This document shows, in pieces, positions 11,085-22,986 of a stretch of DNA of 64,000 nt (within the stretch, counting starts at the first letter, position 1; each line of letters starts with the position of its first letter). This DNA is from Selaginella moellendorffii. Taxonomy: Eukaryota > Plantae > Lycopodiophyta. Below the pieces are notes generated by a model that was given only the letters and a program-made list of their open reading frames with translations, was not told where the DNA came from and did no database searches. The position numbers were made by a program, and so were the translations under genes. The stretch covers positions 2,310,494-2,374,493 of the forward strand of contig NW_003314268.1 of the NCBI RefSeq assembly GCF_000143415.4, read 5' to 3'.

Positions 11085-14000
11085 TCATAGAGAAGGACGA
11101 AAACCTCGAAGACGGCGTTTGAAGAACTCATGTTCTTCAATCGCAAACACCGATCTACCAGAGTCACGTGCTGCTTCGACCATCGAACCACTACCTGCTG
11201 TGCAATCGATGACAACACCTCTAGTTGGGCAATAAAGCTCAAGTAGGACATGCATCGCCGATGGAGATCGGAACCGATACCCAAACAATGTGTTGCGGAT
11301 GTCGTCGTCTATGAGATTTGGTATGATGTCAGTAAAGCTATCATACCCTGGCAAAACCCTTGCAGCACGCTCGCTATCACGAAAACCGTCATTTTCTTTT
11401 CTGCAAAACACATGGTAGGTCCACATCATAACCTGAATAATAAAACTTTAAGAGACAACCAAAACAGAAAATGATTTCTTACCTTCTCTGGCATGCCTAG
11501 GACACCTTTGGTCTCGACCCCAACACTATCCATGATGCATCCGGAAGAGAACCTCTTGAAGTTGACTCGACTTGCATACCTCATAAGGCAGGACATCCAA
11601 TGGGGGTCATTCGGGAGAATGAAGGCAACTTGACCGGTTGTGTGAAGGAGAATTGCTGCCAAAAGGAATGCATCCTTCAAGTGGTCTTTAGTCAGGTTGT
11701 TCCAGCTTGGGACATCACCATTAGCGTCTGGAAGACCATCTGGCATGTCAAAGAGCATGAAGTTTGTGCTCTTGAGCGGTCGCCTATGGATCTTCTGACA
11801 AAAGCGCTCCCACTTTTGCCGGATAGCCATATTCTCAGCATCCTCCTCAAAAGATGCCATCAATGAACTATAGGAGCCAATAAAGATCCCAACTTCACCA
11901 CGGAATGCCACTGGAGATACAGGGCGAATCTAGGGGGAGAAGACAAAGATAAGATGTGAATTTAAGAAAAATTTACATACCGTCATGTGGCGTGTGGTAG
12001 ATGTAAGTTCCTCCAAGTCCTCTTCTCGAGCATCAAGACGAGCTGGAATGAAGTTACTCCCGACAGTTTTTGCTGCAACCATTTTGAGGAACTAAGAAAA
12101 GGAGAGAATAAAAAGAAATATACCTCGAGAAGTTCTTCGGTTACGGGGACGTTTTGGACGATCATCATCACTGTTGACTAATTCCTCCAGATGTGGATTT
12201 GCTCGCTTTCGTCGAGGTAGAACTTCTTGGACGTTCTGGTTCTCTTGCTCGACTTCGTCTCGAAGAATCTCGTTCTCACCGCCATCTTCACTCTGCTCGC
12301 CATTGGCACCAACAGGGTCGACATTCTCATGGCCATCATCTTCGTCATCATTGTTGCCTCTTGCAGCCTCATGGTGGGTTGGTTCATAATCTGGCATCTC
12401 CAATTCCCAAGGACAAGCGTGCTTTATTGCTGCTGGAAACTTCATTGTTGTCGGGTACATGCCTCCATCTCTCACACCATGCCTCAGGAGGCGTGTGCAT
12501 ACCGGTGTTTCGAGAGGAACGCTTCTATATTGGAGATACCTATAATAGAATATAAACAATTGAGTATAGTTGAGAAATTGTATGTTACCTGAAAGCCGCT
12601 CGACGCATGAAGTAAGGTTGGCCAAGTTGTTTCTCAAATGGAGTCGTGCTTGTGGCCTTCTTTGGCAGCCAGTCCTCTCCAAGTTTTGTAAGCTCAATGG
12701 TGACGAAGTCCTTAAATGGAAGTTGCTCAGGATCATCCCCTATGAAAGGTGCTAGAAACATCTCCCCTTCATATACAGTTTGTGAAATGTAGACGGTCCT
12801 CCTCATCACAGTCTCCATCATACTGTCCAAACCTTTTTCTCCTTCCCTGAGTCTGCTATTGAGGTCGTTTAGAATGTGTATCTGTTCCTCATATGTAAGC
12901 TTTGACTTTGAGATGTTGTAAATAATCTCATCTGGAGTCTTGCCCACTAAAAAATAACTTTTGTGAGAACCTTCATGTAAATATAAACAATACTTACTTT
13001 CATGACAAGAAATCTCTGTTATAATATCGAACCACTCCTTTGGGCGTCGAGGGTCAGCCACACTAAGTAATTTCTTTACCTTTGTCTTCTTTGTGGTGTT
13101 GATTTTCTTGTCAATTGCAGCTAAATGCTCTGAGAGTTCTTGATCATTTTCAGCTCGATGCGACTGTGCATATGCATCTTGCTTAACCTTCACCAATGGC
13201 TGAAGACAACACAAACATTCTATGATAAGAAGTATACTTAAAAGAACATACCTTACTCCACACAGCTGTCATAAAAGCCACTGGATTCTTGTACCATCTA
13301 TTGGCATCCTGACGACCTCGTTGATGTCGAATAAGTGATGCTAAATCATCACCATAGTGGCTGCGGACTGCATCCTCGTCGAGATTGGCAAGAAACCGGA
13401 TCTGCTCCATATCATGTACTAGGCTTTGTTTCTGCACTGCAAACTGTCCCAGTCTGCAAAACATAAATTGTTAAAAGTGATTGAAGAAGGAGAGGTACTT
13501 ACGCATTAATTTTGTGGCAAGCTATCACAAGCCTTGCCAAATCTAGAGATCCTCTCGCGTGTACATGTCCAACCGGAACATTGATGTGATAGACAGGATC
13601 ATCTCGGAAGCATTCTCGGATGCACTTCATCCACGCGCACCAGCGATGATTCCCGTCGATAATGTAGAACATTTTCCCCACAAATTGTTGAGTCTCAAGA
13701 TGGCTCATAAGGTTGTTGTCAAATTCGCGGGACTTCATTTTCCAAATGTCATCCCAATCCCTCTCGATTTCCGGTGACACCGAGAGGGTATTTGTCGTTC
13801 CTGGCTTGAAAACCGAAACAAGGAACATACCTATGTTTGTCCCAAGGCCATTCTGTTTGTACAGACTATAGATGTCCATGTTGACGAAGTGCGGTGAAGC
13901 AGACCGAACGATGCTTGTCTGAGTGAATCGACATAGTGGGATTTCTCGGATCATGTGCCCCGGGCCTTCCCACTTGAGAGACTCCAAAGTCGTGTGAATG

Positions 14001-15361
14001 GCCTTCTCTTTAGTTCTCAAAACTGTCTCTTGGAAGCGCTTGTCGACAATGTGTTCAGGTAGCTCCACTTCTCTTTCAGCTTCAGCTACACCTCCAGTAG
14101 CACCATTATCAGATCTATCCCCTGACTCGGGCCCAACACCGCCATCAGGCGCACTTGGGCACTGCTCCGTTTCTGCCATATTTTGTGAATATGTTAAGAG
14201 TAGTGGCATTTGTGGTTGTGGCAGTAATGGTAGTGATGACAATGGTTGCGCTGGTGGTGGTGATGACAATGGTTGCGCTGGTGGTGGTGATGATGGTGGC
14301 GGTGGTGGTGGTAATGGTGGTGATGACGGTGGTGGTGGTAATGGTGGTGATGACGGTGGTGATAATGGTGGTGATGAAGGTAAAGGTGGCGGTGCCGGTA
14401 ATGGTGGTGGCGGTGGTGGCGGTGGTAATGGTGGTGGTGGCATCGATGGCGGTGGTGGGGGTGCATGTGGACTGGAGCTATGTGGTTGGGAAGACGGTAG
14501 AGTTGTCGCTGTGGAAATCTCTATCTGAAGGTCAACTTGATTGTCGTCCTGGATCTCATCTTCCTCATGTCTTCTCTTTGATCCAACATCCCTCTCCTTT
14601 TGTAGTTGCTTCCATTTCTGAAAATAAAAAAAACTCATTATAAATTATAAATGCATAAGAAGAGGGGAACAGGGCGTGGGCTCAGTGCAGGCCTCCCCCA
14701 AGCACCTTGGCCGGCCCGCGCCAAGGCCAACTGCCCGAGAACCTTGCCTTGGCGCTTGGAGGCGAGCCGGTTCACTGGCGAACTGGCCCTCCTCCAAGCA
14801 CCAAGGCCGGCTCGCGGGCGGTTGGCCTTGGCACTTGGACTTAGCTGGCTCGCGCCAAATGCCTAGCGTGGGCATTTGCCACAAGCACTTGGCGCCTTTG
14901 CCGGCCAAGCACCTTGGCCGGCCTGCGTGGACTTGGCCGGCCTAGGCGGAGTGCCCAGCCAAATGCCCGGCCTGGGCACTTGGCAGCAGTGGTGCTGGGC
15001 AGCAGTGGCCCTAGACAACGCGGCGCTGGCGTGGCGTGGTGTGGCATGGGCGATGCTGGGCAGCGGTGGCACGGCAGCGGTGGCATGACAGTGGCAGTGC
15101 TGGGCAGCAACAGCATGGCAGTGGCAGTGCTGGGCAGCGGCGGCATGGCAGTGGCGGTGCTGGGCAGGCAGCACTGCGCTAAGCGTGGCATGGCAGTGGG
15201 CGGCGCTCGGCAGCCCTGGGCAGTGGCAGTGCTGAGCATGGCGTGGTGTGCGCAGCGTGCGGGCGCTGAGCATGGCGTGGGTGCGGGGGCGCTGGGTGCA
15301 GCAGCACTAGGCGGGGAGGAGAGGGAGTGGAGAAGGAGGAAAAACTTACTCTTGGCGGCAT
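11085..15361 (-). CDS. ParB/Srx-like domain + beta-class N4C/N6A DNA methyltransferase-like fusion protein, 8 exons, ~1080 aa
   Basis: Exons 15361-15350, 14617-13503, 13453-13252, 13199-12589, 12539-12124, 12072-11981, 11929-11483 and 11432-11085 join via GT-AG introns into a 3243-nt ORF. Motifs: poly-Pro tract, FYIIDGNHR (13643-13657), motif IV-like DMPDG (11735-11749) and motif X/I-like RSPSAMHVLLELYCPTRGVVIDCTAGSGSMVEAARDSGRSVFAIE. Confidence 0.78.
14618..15349. repeat. GC-rich repetitive first intron (CCAAG/CTTGG and GGCAGT/GGCATG motif arrays)
   Basis: Many gccaag/cttggc and ggcagtggcagtgctgg copies, bounded by a GTAAGT donor at 15349 and a tttcag acceptor at 14618 on the minus strand. 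Confidence 0.6.
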
Positions 15362-16167
15362 TCTGTTCCCGCAGTCACTCTCAATCTCCCGCGATACTTT
15401 CTGTAAAACCCTAACGCCGGCAGCTGCCCTAACCCTAACCTAACTTTCATCACAGCCGTTCATCATGGATGTAGTAAATCTTCACTATACAATAAATAAT
15501 AAATCTAGCACTGTACAATTTCTATTCCGCCCTAGATTTGATCACGTGACAAAGTCCTTTTGAATTGTAATTTAATAATGGAGGTGTGCTCTAATATGAC
15601 TATGTCATAATGTGAAATAATGTCACAGACGCATGTGTTGAATTGATCACAGTACGAAATTGTTAGAAAATATAAGATTATTAAATCGTAAGGTGTTATT
15701 TCCAAAGTAATGTATATAGATAATTTACTATAGGTGATAGATGGTAGTACAAAGATGGAATATATTTAAATGAGTTCAGAAGAATGTGATGATTTCTAGC
15801 TTTAATGAAGTACTGAAAATATGTACAATATTTAATTTATTTGGCAACAATTGGTTGATGGTAGATCCTAGAATAAAATCATTCCTATCTTTCATATTAT
15901 GGCACATGCTTGACGTGATATTTCTTTCCATTCTACCAAAAGTTAGTGCATATAATAAATTTGAGCATGTTTTTGAATTCAATGTATATAGACTTTTAAT
16001 ATTGTACAACATAGTCCTATATACTTCATACAGAATTTATTATAACAACATTATTCGATGTTAGATCCTAGAATAAAATCGCCCTATCTTTTCACATAAT
16101 GGCATAGCACATGTGAGGTGACATTTCGTTATAAAAGTTCAAAGTTCCAAAACCTAAAGGCAACAAA

Positions 16168-19100
16168 ATGGAGGGCTTCCTTTTGCATTACCAAGATCAC
16201 CCACCGCTTTCTATCTCCCAGAGTCTTATTTCAGAAAGTTTTCTTTGCCGACGTTTCGATCTTTCTCTCGGTTCTATTTCATTGGAAGCTGTGATTCGCA
16301 ACAACATTGGTGTAGTTGAACGATCGGAGTTTCTTCTTTCGGGTGTAGGTGAAGGTGGACAACATTGGGATTTGCAACATTCCAAGTCGAAAGAGATTCG
16401 AGTTTTTGGATCTCCAATCAAAGTGCGAGGTTGTGATCCTGCTAAAGTGAATGTGAAGCAAGAGTCGGTCGTCATCATTTCTTCCTCTTCTAGTTCTAGT
16501 GGAGATGTTAGTCCAGTGCGAGCCAAGAATTTCCAAACTCCAACTTCACTGATATTCCAAGCTGTTTGCAACGCTTTCCAGTTTTCCCGCCTCTCTATCG
16601 ACGTGCGTTCCTTTCTACATAGGCTCGTTAGCGAGCTCCCTTCTGCATACAATGGCAATATCTTCTTTGAACTACCACCTCTTGTCAGCTCAAAACGAAA
16701 GGGGATGGAGACGAAGCAGGATGTCCATAACTGGTGCAAGATCAAGACCACACATTTCCAGCATTTTGAAGGCACAATGTCCATGGTTCATTGTGGTGGG
16801 TATTTGGATTGTGTGAATAAAGCATGCAATCAAGAGCGTGGTAAAAACTCCATATTTTTTGAAGGATCTGCAACCAATCCTCCCCTCTGTGACACCATTG
16901 GTGTTGGATTCAAGTGTCGATTTTGCAAGAATGCTCCATTGTGTCGTGCCATCTGTGGGGCCAAGATGTACTATTTTCTTCCACGGGATGGAGAGGTTGG
17001 TAGAGCTGCAGTACATATTGGCACGCACACACATCCAATGCAGGAAGGGATACAAAGGAGTTCAGTCAACCATTTCAAAGATGCAGTGCAGATAGAGACT
17101 GTGAGAAACTCATCTGCAACTCCGAAGCATGTTCAAAAGACAGTGCTCAAGGATTTTATTGCAAATACTTTACTTGATCCGGACTACAAGAATACTCAAC
17201 TAGATGAGGCTAGCTTGCGGGAGTTACTACGACATGTGCAACCTGCAACTAGCCTTAGAAGGTATGAAAATATTATTACATACTTTTCAATAATATCTCT
17301 CTTACATTTTGTTTTATTTAGGATAAAGTCTTGGATGTGTGAATCTCGAGAGGGGAAACTCCAATCAAAAATCGACTCAATCCTTGAACTAAAATGGACT
17401 TGTCCCTATGAGTTTATCCATGGGAGTTTATTTCCAGATCAAGTCGTTAGTGAGCAAGAGCGCCCCTTCGTTTTCAAAATGTCTACCATGGGCCCTGCCT
17501 CTGGTGTGGACCTTGTTTCCCGAATGGATATATCTGGGTCGAGTGACCTTGCTAATGCATGGGTACATTTTGACCATATGGAGCGGGTGGCAGGTTGGAC
17601 AACCATGGGAGCTCATGTGTATGATCCAAGGTAGTTTTTTTTCTCATTATCTTAAAATGGTTTTAAACATTGCACTTTTCACAGGCTACGTTGTAACTTG
17701 ACAATTGCAACGGCAGAGTTTAAAGTACAAGACCAGATGGCTCAAGAAATATTTTGGAAGTCCCTCTCCGACATTGTATTCAAGCGGACTGGTAAGCCTG
17801 CCAACTTTCGCGGTTTCATGGCAGATGGGGCTGGGGCTAATTGGAATGGTGTCCGGGCAGTCTTTGGGAATGGTCTACCCCTAGAAGGTCGTGAGAGGAC
17901 ATGTGAGTTCCATTGGGCTCAGAGCCTAAACCAACACTGCCACCTTATCAAGCCAGATTTCCAATTAGCATTTAAGGAGTTGTGCAAACAATGGCAAGCT
18001 GCACCTTCTGAAGAAGAGCATGAGGCAAAAGCAAACGAGATTCGAATGTGGTGGCGTGAAGATGGCCATACTGACGTAAGTTGTCTACCACAACTTGAGT
18101 CGTGGTTGGGGTGGTGGGAAGTTAGAATGTTCCAATGGGGACATCACTCTTTTCAGGTTGGTTTTTCTTTTTTTCCTCTCTTTTTATTGCTTTTTAATAT
18201 CATCTTTTTATAAGGATCAACCACTTGAGGATCTTGCATACACCCCAACTGTGAATCTCTCAGAGAGTAAACATTGGAGCTGGCGTTCCTCTGAGGCAGG
18301 GAAAGGGAAGATGAGTCTATATGAAGCATGTCTATCAGATTTGATACGCGCTGTAGAGCAGTCTTCAAAAGCTTTGGCATTTGAGGAAGGAAGATACATG
18401 GGAACAGGACCTTCAGTTGAGATGTTACACGATCGGATGAAGAAGAAAGTGACTCCACCAGCACGAACAATAGCAACTGCAGTGGAGGAAGTGGTCCGCG
18501 GCACATCTATGGAGTACACTCCTCGGGCTTCTATTGGTGATATGAAGACCGTCCGCTCAAAGCGTCGATTTTCTTTTGCTGGTGAAGATGTTGGCACGGA
18601 TCTTGGAGCAAAAAGCTCTCACAGGCCTGATGTTGAGTATCATTCTGCTCCAAGACATCGCCCCAGAACCGAACCACCTCAAGTGGCTGATGAAGAAAGT
18701 GCATCACAGCAGGTTGAAATTGCTTATCGTAGTGTGGAGCCGAAGCAATGGGCAATCCGTCGAGTGCCAGCGAAATCAAATGTAAGGTGTGTGGGGATGC
18801 TTCCAAGGGGCAAGTGTTGGGCTTGGATCCGTGGTGAAAAATCTGCTTCTGTTCCAGCCCCATGTTTCTATGGGGAACGAAAGCAAGCAGGATTTTCAAG
18901 ATGGTGCTGGCTATATTGTTGCAACATCGACGCCAACCATACGAAGCGGCTTGAAGACACTATAGTGACTAAACCTGATGCAGTACCTAAAGAATGGCCG
19001 GTTGCTAATGGGGTCGCGCTCACCTCGGATGAGATTGAAAACCTTGAGAAATTTGGTTTTAATCTTGAGAGGAGAGTTGGAGACATGAGTGACAGGAGCA

Positions 19101-19492
19101 GGACTATTCCTACAGAGATGCACAGGAGGCCAGCACGAAAAGGTAAAGCAGTTAAATTTATTGGTACCGTCTCCAAGCAGAAGCAAGGTAAAATAAACTT
19201 GGCTCAAACACTTGAGTGTGAGATTCTCTCCACGAAGTACATCACTGCGCTTGCAAAGGAGTACATAGTCAAAACAGAAGGTGGAGAGTACACAATTGCC
19301 ATTCACGACTTTCCTTCTTGCACATGTCCAGACTTTATGAAGCGCGAGGAACATGGGAAGGCATATGCTCCTTGCAAGCATATGTACTACATCTTCATCA
19401 ACATCTTGCACCAGGATCCTAAAGTGGATATTCATATACACCAAGCAAGCCTTACTATTGCTGAGTTGCAAAAAACTTTTGGAGCTAATTAG
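16168..19492 (+). CDS. MULE-type DDE transposase with GCM/WRKY-like Zn finger and SWIM domain, 4 exons, ~1050 aa
   Basis: Exons 16168-17261, 17322-17630, 17685-18156 and 18215-19492 total 3153 nt in frame. Catalytic candidates WVHFDH, FMADGAGANWN, CEFHW (CxxH) and TVNLSES; SWIM SCTCPDF..PCKH; N-terminal Cys/His finger ending VHIGTHTHP. Confidence 0.88.
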
Positions 19493-19583
19493 ATTTCTCC
19501 AACACTATCGATGTTTATTCTCTATCAATAAAACTTATTATACTTTATATAATTAATACAAATGTGCTTTTTCATTTCACTTT

Positions 19584-20036
19584 TCATTTTATATGCTTCC
19601 GAGTGTTCTTCTCGCAATACTGCCCATAGTACTCGTGTGTCTCCATTTCTGTCTTTACCATCTCAAAAAAGATTTCATGGTAGTCTTTCGGGTGCGTGAT
19701 GTTGCAGTGTGTCGCAAGAGCATATATACCATCATACTGATCATTGCCATTGTTTCCACCAGACGCTAGAAAACATACGGGGCACTTCTTGAAAGTGGCA
19801 GAATTGCATTTTTCTAAAACAAGTAAGAGGGCATTCTTTTTCACCCAATTTGTTGCACCCTCTGTCATTGCATTTATCTCCAACTCATGATCACTATCCT
19901 CACTATCCTCTCTTTCATTCTCTTGTGTGATTTGGTTATGCTGTGCAATGGGATAGTTATTGCATCTCCTAGCCCTTGAGCCCTGGGAAGAAAGATTGTG
20001 AGAGTTAAAATTACCAACACTAGAACCCATAGACAT
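19584..20036 (-). CDS. MULE cargo protein with SGS3-like zf-XS zinc finger (third, divergent copy)
   Basis: KCPVCFLASGGNNGNDQYDGIYALATHCNITHPKDYHEIFFEMVKTEM shows CPxC...H...H spacing like the SGS3 zf-XS; TATA-like motif near 20085. Confidence 0.62.
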   Translation of the reverse strand: MSMGSSVGNFNSHNLSSQGSRARRCNNYPIAQHNQITQENEREDSEDSDHELEINAMTEGATNWVKKNALLLVLEKCNSATFKKCPVCFLASGGNNGNDQYDGIYALATHCNITHPKDYHEIFFEMVKTEMETHEYYGQYCEKNTRKHIK

Positions 20037-22986
20037 TTGTGGGTGTATTTCCCTTTTTTCGAATGAGAGTGTGAATGAAGATCTATAAATTCTAAACAGT
20101 ATGCTACGACAAACCCCTCAAGAATGTATTCTACAAAGAACCAAGTCTTTCTTTTATATGCAATAAGCTTACATCAACGGTTATTTTTTTTCCTTTCAAA
20201 CGGTTATATGGCTTCACATAGAATCTTATTTCAAATTTAATAATTTTTTAATTCTGACAAACCTAACATTTACTAGCCAAAAAGCATAGAGTACAAATTT
20301 AAAGAAGTGACAAGAATACTCTTTTTTCAAACATTTTATTTTATGTTCTAACAAATGTCCCTATCATTGCATGTAGTAAATATTTAAATTATTAGAACAA
20401 AATGTGTTCTTTAGAACATTTTTATCTATATAATATATAGAGAGTTATTAAATTATTAGGTTCGCCATAACCTTAAAATTTTAAAATTTATAATGTTTGT
20501 ACTAAATTACAATTGAAAATTGAGCTCAACTCGTGAGCTCAACTCTTCAACTCGTGAGCTCAAGTATGGTCCGCGCCCCTTGGCTGCAGTGCATGAACAT
20601 AGGGCTTGCAGCAAATGCTCAAGAAGGGGAAAAACTGAAAGTATATACAAGTGTCCTTGATAAATGAAAAAAGAACTAAAAGAATTGCTTGTTCTTAAGC
20701 ACGCTTGACAAACAAGTCAATTTGCTCCTGAAGATTGTAGTCGTATAGAAGAGGATTGTCCTGTGAGCATATAGGTCATTCTCTGCCTTATAAACCAGCC
20801 AAAGGATCATTGGACTTAAAGTCGAAATTCATCCCTTCTAGAGGAGAGTAGTGATTTGCGAGGATACCTCCAAAGATCTGCAATAGAAACTTAGGTAGCA
20901 GTTCCAAATGTTTCTGAAAAACGGACCATCAATTCAGGTTCAGAGAGACACCTGATGCAAAGCCGGTCGAACTTTGTGCAGTTGCGTACTGCAAAAGGGA
21001 AGTGCATTCATGTGGGAGATGGAAGCATTTTACCTGTTCGTGCAACTAGGGATGTGCGAGTTCCACTAGGAAGAAAGTCTCTGTTTTTGAAGAATGCGTG
21101 GTATGTTTCAAAGATAGTGAAGAATCTGGTTTCTGTAAGCTACGGATGAAGGTTTGGATGTGAATTTCTCCAAACATCAATGTCAAGTTCTTGCAAATGG
21201 TTGTCCATTACTGCATTTTCCCAAACGTGGTAATCTCTTTGAGAAGGAGATAGCTTCTGGAGAAAAATCGAACACTCCTGGGATATGCATGACTGCAGAT
21301 AGTTCTCTCTGGCATGCTCGACTTGCACATGCCAATCCCCCTCTCATCTGTAGAAGCAGGAGCTTATGGATGGCTTCAATGACCATGTTCTTCAAAGTTT
21401 AGCGAACTGTCACACTTGCATTCTTGGCAAGAAAACCCGTCATACTTTTAAACCTGCTGTGATTAGAAGCACTTGTCCTTTGCAGCTCGTTCACTCAGAT
21501 GTTTGTGGACCCATGCAACTGTTTGCTCAGAATGGTGCAAAGTATTTTGTGACGTTTACAGATGATTTCTCTAGGCACATGGACGTCTTCTTTCTTCGTC
21601 ACAAAAGATGAAGTCTTCAGCAAATTCAAGCAATTCATAGCAGAAGCCAAAGTGAAAACTGTCAGAGGGTTGGTTGTTTACGTACTGATTTAGGAGGGGA
21701 ATATGTCAACAAGTCCTTTCAAAAGTTCTGTGCTGAACGAGGAATTCTTCATCAGCACTCTTGTTCTCATACCCCTCAACAGAATGGAGTCTATGAGCAT
21801 AAGAACAAGACAATTATAAACACAGTTTGGTGCTTCCTTCAAGAATCAGGACTACCGAAGCAGTTGGATCAGCTGTGCACATTCAAAACCTCCTCCCTCA
21901 TTTTCACAATCCCAAAAAGATCCCAGAAGAGCTTTGGACTGGTCAAAGACAATCGTTGGTGCATCTCAGGCGCTTTGGTTGTTTAAGATTTGCAAAAATG
22001 GTTGATGAGCATCTTGGCAAGTTGGAGAGCAGAAGCAAGCCAGCCTTTCTTGTTGGATACGACTCCAATTCAAAAGGATATCACTTGTACCAGCTTGGTA
22101 ATCATCAAATTTTTGTAACCACTGACGTTCGTTTTGACGAAGGAACACTCTACAAAGATCGCATTCAAGAAGAAGGAAGCTCAGATCAAAACATGAACTA
22201 GACTCTAGAAGAATAGAGTTGGGATGGTGTTGAAGACATTGATGAAAATGACGATGATCTGACAATCATCTATCCCTCATCTCCTTCAGCAAACGACCAT
22301 CCAACACCAGTCTCTAGATCTTCTCTTCTTGAAGAATAGGGCAATGCTATTCATCGTGCACAAACTGGAGAAGTTGACAGGCTCATACGTGATCTACCAT
22401 TCAATGTGGAGAACTATAGGTGGACATTATTTGGACGATCAAGTAGAGCACCTCATCTCAAGCAGTGGTCTTTTGCAGCAACAGAAATAGCTTCTAAACC
22501 AGTCAACTTTGAGTAGGCGATTCAAGCTCCTGATGCAGACAAGTGAATTTCAGCAATGCAAGATGAGTTGAATTCTCTTGATGAGAACCAGACTTACGAC
22601 TTGGTGGAAGCTCCTGAAGGACGTGAAGTTGTCGGACACGCTGGGTGTTCAAGCTTAACAGAAATGCTGATGGATCGGTTCAGTGTTACAAGGCAAGACT
22701 TGTTGCTCAAGGATATTCACAAGTTCCTGGAGTTGATTTTGATGAGACGTTCTCACCAATTATAAAGCAGACAAGTATCAAAATGCTTCTGGCTTTTTCA
22801 GCGAAGTTTGGTTTGCACGCACATCACATGGACATAAAAACAGCCTTCCTTAATGGGAACTTGAAGGAGGAGATATTTATGCAGCAACCCCCAGGCTTTG
22901 AGCTTTTTGGATCACGGTATTCTAAACTCATCTGCAAGCTTTGCAAGGCTCTTTATGGCCTTAAGCAGGCTTCTTGTTAGTGGTAT

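Larger units (their letters stand above)
8185..20579. mobile_element. 12.4-kb Mutator-like (MULE) TIR DNA transposon with cargo genes, inserted into copia gag
   Basis: Left end GGGGGATGGTCCAAAGTTGAG aligns gaplessly with the reverse-complemented right end GGGGCGCGGACCATACTTGAG, and both are followed by GAGTTGAGCTCA repeats. Copia sequence stops at 8184 and resumes at 20580. Contains a MULE-type transposase. Confidence 0.88.

Noticed and set aside
12092-12123. 32-nt intron using the first AG (12092), which would imply a frameshift
   Set aside because: It is too short; the AG at 12073 gives a 51-nt intron and keeps the frame.
11085-15361. Bacterial or phage contamination as the source of the MTase
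   Set aside because: The gene has seven GT-AG introns, six of host-typical size, and lies within a TIR element nested in a plant copia.
13998-15414. Gly-rich, Val-rich, His-rich and Ala-rich ORFs on both strands
   Set aside because: These are antisense or alternate frames of the poly-Pro exon and of the GC-rich low-complexity intron.
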